Both the position numbers and the translations under genes were made by a program. The notes below the pieces were generated by a model, which was not told where the DNA came from, did no database searches, and saw only the letters and a program-made list of their open reading frames with translations. A DNA stretch of 63,889 bases, counting the filler, from Intoshia linei (taxonomy: Eukaryota; Animalia; Orthonectida), in assembly GCA_001642005.1 (NCBI GenBank). It is 6 parts of 6 records of this genome, joined end to end, with 100 filler letters (N's around TTAATTAATTAA, not from the genome) between each part and the next. Parts side by side here need not be neighbours in the genome. Positions count along the whole stretch, not along the records: positions 1 to 27,213 come from LWCA01000446.1; 5 more parts are not named here. One strand, 5' to 3'. This document shows positions 10,851-22,800 of this stretch, piece after piece (within the stretch, counting starts at the first letter, position 1; every line of letters starts with the position of its first letter).

Positions 10851-13800
10851 TCAATGTTTATATTTTTCATCGTGACTTGCATTTGATTCTATTCTTACAG
10901 TGTGGCAGTCTCCGTAAAATCCTATTATTACTAGTTTTGTCGATATCTTTTCAGGTGAACTATTTTACTAGTTTATATTGGTAACAAACTTAAATTACGT
11001 GTATTTGTGGGTTATTGTCAGTGTTTTTTGTTCGTTGCCTTTTAGGATATTGTATTTTGTGTTTTTTAGGAGTTTAGGTGAGTCCAATTCTATTGCAAAT
11101 TCTTCGTTATCTAAATTTATACATTTTTATAGCATAGTATATATTTTTCTATAACAAGATCAGTAAAGTGGAAATGTTGGCGTACGCTGATTTAACTATT
11201 TCACAAATTAATAAAAATTACCAATTTGGTATTTAAAAGAATAATCATATTGAGACTTGTTCATTATATTGATTTCATACTTTTCTGTAGTGTTGATGTA
11301 ATTGAAAAAATTAACATTGCTTTTGGATATGGTTAAATTTGGTAAATTAAATTTGATGATCACTGGAATACTCTAATTATTTCAAAATAATGATATAATT
11401 CAATAGGAAATGTGTATCGTCCATCTGAAGTGGTCAAATAATTATGAATTTAAATGCGATTCAGAATAATTATAATTAATCTGTACTTGCCTTGATTGCA
11501 ATTTACTAAACCTAAAGTGAACAATTCACTTTTTACAATGAAAAATTCTATTGTAATCAACTCTGTAAAAATTCATTTTTTCAAAACCAAAATATCTTTT
11601 TCTTACAATGTTTAATAAAAATTCTTATATAAAGTAAAATAGTTAAAAATGTATGTCTGTTTATTTTTTTGTTTGTACCAGCTAAATTAAGAAAGTAAGA
11701 GGAGTCGACTTTTACAAATTCTATATTTTTATAACAGTTTTTCGAGATTGATCGTAAATTTAATTTTCAGAAATTTAGTCCTTCAAGGTGAAAAACCTCA
11801 ATTGTTTGTTTTAAAATTCAACCCGTCCTAGAATTATAAAAAATACAAATTCTAATAAAAAGTTTAAATTCATCAATATAATAATTTTCAATTTCAAAAT
11901 CTTATACTTCACAGGCAAAACCCAAAATTACTCTTTTTTGTAATTAAAGTCCTAGAATTTTATACAACAAAAATTCTGGTATGATTTTTAAATTCATAAG
12001 CATTTTCATAAATAACAACCTAAAAAAATCATTTTCACGATTAAAAACACAGATTACCTTTTTAAAAATTAAACAGCCCTAGAATTTTAAAAAAAATTAC
12101 AGATGATACAGTTATATCCAGTTCAAACCCTAAAAAAATTTCAATCTGATAAAGTGACGCCTTCATAGTCAAAAAAGCACTTTAATATTCATTTTTTTTA
12201 TTTCGAAACTATTTTATTAAGACAAAAAAATTTAAATAATTAATGGTCCTACAATTAAAAAAGAATTATTTTGATACAGCTTATTCCAGTTGATATAAAT
12301 ACAATATTTCAACCCCAGAAATCTACGCATTCCCGGTGAAAAATAATTTTTAATATATTATCAACCAATATTTTTCAAATGTTGAATTAAAATTTTTTTG
12401 GTAAAATGTAAAAGATATGATTTTACAACATTTTTCATCAAAAACATAATTTTTGTCAAAAAGTCAAATAGAACATAACTAACACTGCGATGTATTGTAC
12501 TGTCAAATAAATTAAAAAAATTGTTTTTAAAATTATTAACAAAATAAAATTAAAGTAGATTTAAATTAAAAGATAATGTGATATAACGGGTCCACGTGAA
12601 ACAAGTTTGGGAACCACTCCTTTAATGTTTAAAGGATTCATAATGGTGGATTGTAGCATTTTTAAGTTAGATTTTCGTTTTTTGTTAGAATTTAAAATAT
12701 CCCCCTCGGCAGAGCTAGGTCCTGTTTGTACGTAGTATAAAACAGTTTCGATTTGACTGAAAATCCCAATTGAAACTTCAAATGGACAGTACCTTATAAA
12801 AAAAGAAATAAACAAATAAGTATTACTTGGGTTTTATTCAGTGTAGATAATACAATTTCTTTTAAATTTGCTCTATAGCGATCCGCATGAATCGTATAAT
12901 AATTTTGTAGAACACTTAAAATTTTTTCACAATCGTTTGAGTATTCGATTTTAATCTACAATTATATTACAATGGTATGTACATTAGGGGTATGAATTTT
13001 TTCACTTTTTTGCGAAAATACAAAAGTGCCACCCCATACGTGGAAGATGAGGTTGAATAATACACAATTATCAAAAAATTATATAATAAGGATTAAAAAA
13101 AACCCCGGGGCAAAGCACTTCAAAATATAAATAATGAGCAAAATTTATTTTATTTTGTATAGTAAATTTCATAGTAATAATTATTTTCATAACAATTAAT
13201 TTTCAATTGATATTTTTTTTTATTTATTCAGTTTTCTCATTAGAATCGGTTTTTTATATCAATTCGACGTTCATGATTCGCTAGACGATAATTTTGCGCA
13301 TCTTTATAGCTATTTGTATAAAAAATTTTATATTTACAATATGAAATGTGTTAAAATAATATTTTTAAGAAAATTGTCATATATTAGTTACTGTGAGCGA
13401 TATATTGTTCAAAAGTTTAGAGGCGATGCCCCAGGGTTTTTTTTAACAGTTGAGAGGTAAGATTGGGTGCAAATTGAATATTTTCAAAATGTTCATATGG
13501 TGGAAGGGTGCACTTTTGATATAAAAATTCGTTCACATCCCTAATGTACATTGTTCAATTATATATTAAATTTTATTATTGGGTTGACGAGACAATTTAT
13601 TAACATAGGATTCAGATAAGTAACATATTTTTATAAGTTTGGGAGCTACTGGTTTAATATATGAACAAATAAATACCTTTTTATTTGTATCCAGTGTGAA
13701 ATTAAAATTTTCAGAAACGTTATCGGCAAATAGGCATTCATCTTCACAATTTATTTTAACGTTATAGACAGCATGAGTTTTGTTTACAATTTCTATTGTT

Positions 13801-16800
13801 TTCATTCGTTGTATTTTTTTATTGATCTACAATTTTAATTTCAAAAAGTAGTTACAATAAATGAAAATTGAAATAACCACAATTAGGTAGTTCTACGTTA
13901 AGTCAAATAAAAAAGACCCACAGAGAAATCACAAATGCGAACATGTGGATCCAATGTATAAAATAATAAATTTAAATTTCCGCGAAGCCGATATTAAAAT
14001 TCATCACCGACAAGAACCCAACCCTTTCGTAGCCAATGGAAGAGAGATTTACTACAGCTGCAAGTAACGTATGCTTTCAAAACAAATTACTCATTTCTGG
14101 TATCCCTGTAGTCATTTTAATTCAATTCATCCTTAAACATTTTTGATATTGTATAATTCAGTGCTTCGCAATTTTTAACTCTTACAGAACGGTAAAAGCT
14201 GGCGACTTTACTTAATTAGTGGATATCAACGAAGGGCAAATCGTTATTTCTTATTTTTCGAAATTCATACAATGCATTCGATTTTTAATATAATGCGTAT
14301 ATTTAAAATGTTATATATATTCTTCGCGGACCGCCGGTTGAGAAACGCTGATAAATTATAATCTATCCATCAAATAAAAAGAAAAAAATTAAACTATGCA
14401 AAAATTTAAACTGAAAAATATAATTCATCAACCGATGTACGTAAATTTGAAACATTTTTTTAATGAAATTAGTTAACCCTTCGGGTTAAGAGATTAACAT
14501 TAAAAGTATCAAATTGTAACATTAATATTGATTCAACTTACAATGTTATATAAACTCAGATAATTCTTCACTAGACAAGTAAAAAACTAAAATAATTACT
14601 TTGATCTAAAAGGGGTGGATGAGTAATATAAAAGTCGTAAAATAAGTACAAAACATGACATATGAAATTCAATTAACTTTTTTATATGTCAAGAGGAAAT
14701 TTGATATCATTCGCACATGTAATAAACGAACACAATTAAAAAATATAATTAAAAAATAAGAATATATAAAAACTAATCAATAACGTTTCAAGTGGCAATT
14801 TTGTTAATTTTACACAACTGTATCAGTTTCAGTAGACATGTTTATCGTACAAAATATATGAGATATTGTAACGAATGCATTGCTGTAATTGGAGAGTAAA
14901 TGAAATTTGATAATGACGCCATATACTTTGCACTTTTGTATAGCATTTCATTATAAATAAAAGCATCCACACTAGTAAAATGTAGTTTTAATTATTGAAA
15001 TAGAAACTGAAATGCGTTTAGTATCACAATAGCGAAACTAGTCAAATATAAAAACAATTTCATTTTCTGTTTTACATTTGAATTATATTTGAAAATTTAC
15101 AATTTAAAATGTTTGTGAAATATTTTACTATCTTTTTGTTGTGTGCAGTTTCAAGTCAAGAATTTCAAACCATTACTTGCGGAAACGTGGACATTAAGGT
15201 AAAAACATTGTTACCTGAAAGTAAAGTGGAAGAATTTATGAATTTTGTTGATGAAAATAACGATTTGATGTTAAACTTTTTGAAGGAAGAATTGAGTGTT
15301 GAACCGCGATACTTGATAGCTTATGAAAAAATGGCCAAAATACCCAGGAATGAAATCGCGGACGATGCAGAGTTTGCTGCAAAATCAATGTCAAAAATGT
15401 TGAATGTTCTTTGCTCAAAATTAAAGAGTGGTGCCAGGGGTGTTTGTCGATTTTACTCTTATAGTAAACATATTGAAAGAGATACTAATTCTTCTCAAAT
15501 TTTGACTGTAATTTTTTGTTATTTTATATTTTTTAATATTTTTATTTTAATCTTTAATTTTTAGGAGATTCGCGAAGCTGTAGGCAGAGCCTTTGAAAAA
15601 TTGACAACGGAATTAGGAAACACTGACGGTATGAGAGAAATTGCCAGTACCATTATCGACACTGCGAGTCGAATTGGGGAAATTAGCGCAGATCATTAAT
15701 TTCATTTTTGGTATTTACCGTTAAGATATTTGTACTAACGATTAATTATCGTAATAAACTTTTTGTGTTAATCCGTGCCTTATTTCAATTTTCATCATGA
15801 ATCAGTAGAAAAATTAGAACCGATTTATCAAAGAAATTGTTTTTGTATACATTGCTAAATATTTTAATTACCTCACCATTCTTGATAAAATCATTAGTAT
15901 TAAAATTGAAAACTAAAATACCAGCTTCATTCAAGTTTTTTATTTGAAATCTAAATCCATGTACATTCAGATAATTTTAATTTTATAAACTCTGCATTCC
16001 AAATAATTGCGTGTATCTTGATTTGTATTTGCTCAGTATCAATTTTACGAAAACGGTGTACGTTTTTTTCAGTGATCTAATTATACTTTTAAAAATAATG
16101 ATCAATTTATCATTGTTTGCATGATATCGGATATTATGATTCCAGTTATAGTTTTAAAATTAGAAAATTTAAGATGGGTTGATTCAAAGGGTTTATCAAT
16201 TTATAAAAAATTTGAGAGGATGGATAAAAAAAGTTTTTAAATTTAATAGATTAATTTAATTAATTAGACAAAATAATTACATTTTCCAAACATTTAGCAT
16301 ATCCTTTAATAAATCCATTGAAGTTACCCAAATTAGCAAATTTTGGATTCAAATAGAATGTGACTTTTTTTTGTTCAAGAGGTTTAAATTCCTATAAATA
16401 TAATCATTTATAATGATAGTGGTGACGAATTGGTGATATGTTAATGAAAAAATGTTTAAAATTGACAATTGTATGAAAATATCAGACATATTTAAAAAAA
16501 TATTTTTAAAATAATGAAGGATTACAATCTGGTATTAATTGGTTGTTAACTTTAAAATCTTAAATAAAACACCCAAACTAGGAGAAAAATGCGATTTATT
16601 TAACATTTTGTATCCTCACAACTTCCATATATAGTAATAAGTCCATGATTAAAGTCATTTTTGAGATTGTAAATATGTTTATTCAAATATTTTTTATTTT
16701 TAAAAATGGTCCACCATCAAATGATATTTTCCACATTTTATCGTAGAAATCTTATCAATTATAATTGAAATCTTCTAATTTTTTCAAAGTACATTTAACT

Positions 16801-19800
16801 ATTTACAAGATTAATAACACAGTTTTGAGATATAGGCAAGCCTATTGGTCTTAAATTTTTTCGAATAAAATTTGATCGGGTAACTTGATTTATGGTTAGT
16901 CCATCGAACGCAATTAATTATGACTTCAACCCTTTCGTGGCTATCATAAATTTTTTAAATACACTGTTATATTGGGATTTTTATATTTCTTTTTAGTTAC
17001 AGGTTCACCCAATGATTTGATCATGAAATGTACGCGTGTTAAGTGACGATGTAAACCAGTTGTAAAAATTTTTTTATAATTATAATTTTCTACATCATTG
17101 TACCTCAAATTGAGCATTTTGCCTTTTCGTATTCTCACTTAAAATATTCCTATAAATTTTCGTAGAACATAGCGGTTATCTGAAAGAGAAACAATCTAAT
17201 ACCAAATTAATAAATTAACTCATACAATTCAATTCAATTACAGTAAAATTTAATGTTGTTTTTTTATTGTAATAACTGAAATTATTATGTTTTTACACGC
17301 TTAAATTTATTAGAGACAATTAAAAATGATTATTTTTTGAAGATTTTATTTCTCATATAACAAACTACATTTTTGAAAATTTTCAAATATAATTTTTAAT
17401 TTAAGAATATTTAAATTTTTCGAGAATTCTCGAGAGCAAGCACTATGTTTCCTTCTGTTTCCAATTGAATTTAGTAGGCGTTGTAAATTTTCAGATGGAC
17501 TCTTCGATGCAAGCCTCAGAATGAAAACTAACCGTTAATTGAAGTGTTTGTCTGAATCGTTTAATAATATTTTTTAACCGTTTAACTTAAACTTTAACCC
17601 TTTTATGAAGAAAAATGTTTTTAAGCCTGAGAAAATTTGTCTATCGATTTTACGACTACTTTCGGTGTTCTAGCAGTCGGCTAGAACAATTGAAAAATTA
17701 CAAAATGTCAGACTAAACTAAATATTTTATTCGGGTTCCCAAACGTTTTAATTACTTAAATATCACTACATTAACCTTTAACTATCTTAGTTCAATATTC
17801 AGTTTTTATATTTTTGGCACCCGTAATTTAATATTTAAATTTAAGATAAAATTATCAGTGTTATATTTATACTGTTTTGTTATCGTCCACTTTAATAATA
17901 TTATCAACACAAACTCCACAATAATCGTCCACAAAACAGGCGAGCAACTTTTCTTTATCCGACGAATTATATCCATTTATCAAATCCACTAAATTAACAC
18001 TATTAATAATAATCGATAAATACATATAAAATGGATGGAAAATTTCTGAAAAATTCCATTTTACCAATGCTTAGAAAAGATATTTGCTGTTCCTAGAACT
18101 TAATCACTTTTATCAATGCATTTGTAAAAATTTATGATCTTTTAAAAAATGAATGGATATATTATTTGGAAATGTTCGATAAAGTAGAATTAATCATAAA
18201 AGTAGGAACAAGTATTTTTCAACGAAAGAAAATACAATGTAGTGTCGCAATTATGATATAAGACTGTAATTATAAATGGTTAATATTACAAATAATGAGC
18301 AGTAAAGTAAATTCTAACAATCAATAAAAAGTGGACCTTTAATAATTTTAACATGTACGGTACGGGAATTTTACATACCGGTTTAAGCTCCAGGTGATCG
18401 TATATAATAAATAACGATTAATATCACATATTTTGCCTATTATTTAGATCCGATTCTACCAAGCTCGAGAACATCCAAATTTAAAAAATAGGCACATAAA
18501 AAAAAAAGCTCGCAAACAAATTGAAGTGTCATATAGATTCTAACCACCTCTCCAAAGATCTTGACATGAAATTTTTAATTACAATAGTTAACAAACAAAA
18601 TAGGTATGATATACAATAATATAATTTTTAAAGCCTAATTTGGAAAATGAGGTCCCATTTTACAAAGATTTCATTGAGGCCCCGAAGGGGCACCTCGGGT
18701 ATGGTAAGTTGGCATTGATATTAATTATATTTTTTCTGAAAATATTACTCTCTTCAAATTCATAAGAATTTGGAAAAATGTAGTCACCAAATAATATTGA
18801 AAAGTTGACCAATTTATCATCTTTATCTGTATCATTATAAAATTGCCAGTCAATTGATATATCTAAAAATTTAAATTAAACTGTGAATAAAAAATTAAAT
18901 GTGAAACAAAAATAAGATAAATTTTTTTCATTTACAATGAATTAATTAAATAGTTAACTATAATTAATAATTATTAAATAGATCTTTATAATAGTTGTAC
19001 TTGTAGTCAATACAATATTTGTAGAGTCTTGTTTGGCTCTCGAGAATTTAATAACACCTATTTGTTTCTCTTTGAAATACGAGACTAATCAAAAATTATT
19101 TAATGGGGCATGTGAAATATTTTTTTGAATGTGATGGTTCATTCTGACAATAATTTGAGGATTTTCTGATTTAAAATAAAATGTATAATCATAAAAATTA
19201 TAAATATACATTTTATTAGTACTTATTAATAATAGCTCATATTTACATGAATTTGATGTATTGGTTAGTTTTATGCTACGTTTAACTACACCATCATAGG
19301 ATAACATGCTACCAAATCGTATAATTGGAATATTTGTATTTAATTTTGATTGAATCGTTTTTATAACATTTTCACTGTTAACCAAATTGACTGAAATCAC
19401 TTTTTCTTCCAAATCGGCAATCTAAATATATCAATGTCATTTTTATTTTAAAATTGGAGCATGATGAAATAAAAGCTGGTAAAGTAACGTAACTTGAATT
19501 CAATTTATTATAATTATCTAACATGTAAATTTAGAATTTAAGGTTAACGTGTCCAACTGATCTGACGGATATACCATTAATTTTATAATTACTACGTAAA
19601 AATGAAACATTTTTATGCACATTGTATTAAGGCATGTTTAGAACAACAAAAAATACCTGAACCCTTAATTTATCATCATATACGCCAAACATGTCACATA
19701 TTGGAACAATTTTTATTTCTTTTTTTTCAAATGGGAAAAGAATGTCTGAATCGTATTCCATTATGAAAACGACACCATAAGTAGTTTTAATATTTCGATC

Positions 19801-22800
19801 TAAATGCAATTTAAAACATTTATAGGTTTACATGTGAGTTTTAATGGTAAATGTATGTTTAATTCGATTTTTATATATAATTAAAATGTACCATTTTTAT
19901 TAATATCCTTGTAGACATATTTTACATGTTTTAAAATATTTTTTCTAAAAATATTTAATAAATATAATAATAAATATGATTAATATATTGGAAAATGTTC
20001 AATTAATTTTTTCAAACTATGTTTTTGTACATTTTATTTCTAACTTGTAATAATTGATAAATAGTGGCGGTTCGTCATAAAAGACTGCAGGGGTGCAGCC
20101 CCTCCAGAATTTTAACCAATTTAAAAAATAATTATTTACAAAATTCTAATTTTATATAACAAGTCAATACATAAAATTCAATTTGTAATTTCTATTAACA
20201 ATTTTAACGATACTATTACTGAAGAGTTTGTGAAATCAAAAAACCATCGAATGAAATTTATATATAAATAAATTTTTTTAAATAATATTTATTTTTTTTG
20301 CAGTCCCACCAATTATTTTATCTACGAGCCGCCACTGTTGATACATATAAATTTTTTGTTTTTTTCAATTAGAAAATTGTATTAGTTTCAATACCCATAA
20401 ATGCAATTTGACAGAGCCGAACCTACTGTATTCCGATATCTCTCTTCGGAAAGGGTAAGGGAGTTCGACGAAATGTTTGTAAAATTTTTACATCATTTTT
20501 ACAAATATAGGATTTAAAAAAATATATCTTGAAAATCATAACTACAGGGTGATTGATAAGTAAGTAAATAAAGTAAAGTTGATAAGTAACGCCCGATTTC
20601 TATTTTAAAAACTTTGGGGTTTGAACATTGTCATAGAAAAGGAACTAGACCTTCTAGGAGTTATGGTCTGGTGTGCGATCTCTTCATCAGGAATCATTGG
20701 ACCTTTCGTTTTTGATACTACAGTAACTTCACAATCTTACCTGGAAATGCTGCAAGAACAACACCAATAAATAATGTTTCAGCAAGATGGCGCTTCGGCC
20801 CACTATGGTAGAGTGGTGCAATAATGGTTAAATGAAAAGTTTGGCAAAAGGTGGATTGGCCGTCGCGGCTTCATCGAATGGCCACCCAGATCTCCAGATC
20901 TTAGTCCATGTGATTTCTTCTTATGGGGCTTTTTGAAGGATCGTGTCTACAGGAGGAACCCAAGAAGCATCGAAGAATTGAAAAACACAATCACAACGGA
21001 GATTTCAGCAATCGACGCGAATATTTGTCAAACGGTGTGCCGCTCGATGACTGATCGTTTGCGACGTTGCCTGGTAGCTAAAAGTCGGAAGTTCGAGCAT
21101 TTGAGTCGAACAGACTGAGGTTCGTTCTTGAAACTTTTTATTTATTCTTTGTTATTGTTAAATACATTCTTAATCAATTATCTAATACACTTGTATTCGT
21201 ATTTGTATTATTCGTCCTTGTATAACTTTCTTAGAATCTGACATTTTGCCGCATTATGTGGAATTTAAAATCGGGCGTTACTTACCAATCACCCTGTATA
21301 TAGTGTGGTAAATTAAAAATATCAAGTTAAGACCTTCCAAGGTTCAAGGCCTTTTAGGTTTGATATGACCACATAACACTACGCAGCGTTTACGAAATTT
21401 TTGTTACTAATATATTTTTCATTTTCGGCGGTGAAGCGAGCTTGATAGTTGTGGCTCTGCACCTTGATATGCAGTAAATTAACATTTAGATTACATTACA
21501 AAGAATTAAAATTTACTCTTTAGGTGTCAGTGTAATATTTTCATCGAGCTCAAAATAATTTTCATTATTAAAATGAAAATTTTCAAAAAGTAATTGAAAT
21601 TTTGAAGCGATTGCACTGTGGTTTGTTAATATTAAATTGATGGGTTGATAAGAATTTCCAGTCTTGATAAAATGTATTTCTTCATTAGAGCTAACGATAT
21701 GATTTAATTTATTGTAATAATAATAAAATTTACGCACCAGTAATTTAATCATGTACTATACGAGCGGTTCCCAAATGGGGGTCCCAGAAATTATTTTGGG
21801 GTACCAGTTCGCTGATACATAATTCTTTATATTTATTTATTATGTATTTATTTATAGTTTAGTGCATGTTAATTTAAGATTCCATATTAATATAGGTACG
21901 TCTCTATTCTGTCAGTTCAATAATTAAATGTTTTTCATATATCCATTTTTAGTGAAGTAAAGTTTTAACTATAAATATTTATTTAAATTTTCAATAAAAT
22001 TATTTTTGAGTTTAGAGGTATCAACTGTGAAGTATGTTGGGAATCGCTGTATTATACGTTTGTTATAATCCAGTTAGATATTACCTGGAGTCGATAATTT
22101 CCAATGAATAGTCTATATATTTTACTTTTCCGGTAATAATAAAAAAAATAGGAATACTTTCATCACCAATGTAGCATCTTATTATTTCGTTTAATTCTAT
22201 GTTCTAAAAATTATATTTTTTTGTTTTTGATTATACAGTGATTATAATAATTTAAAGTTTTAAACAAACCTGTTGATTAATCGTAATTTCTATATCAATT
22301 TTTTGAGATTGATTTGAACATAGAGTTCCTTCATTAGGTTGTATAGTTAATTTATCAACTAATTTAGATTGATTTGCATAAATCTAAATAATATTAATTT
22401 TTTTGAATATTTTAGAGAAATATAATAAATAATAAATAAAATTAACCAATTTATAAGTCGTATCAATTGGCGAGAAATTATTTAATACAGTTGAAATACT
22501 ACAAGGGGTATCTCTAAATCCATCGATAATGTTTACAGTTGTAGGGGTTATTATCAAACTTGCCTGATTTACTCGACAATTTACAGTAAAGTATCTAAAC
22601 GTTATCAATAATACCAATAAATTATAATATATATTACGAAAAAATTATATCTTGATGAAAAACTTTAAAATGAATGGAATATTTGCCAGTTTCTTTAAAT
22701 TTAAAATGAATCAAAATATCTTGTTGCCATTCGTTCAAAAAATAGCCATTGTTTGGTGTAATATTTATATCCTGTTTAATCATTTAAAATAAAATAAACG

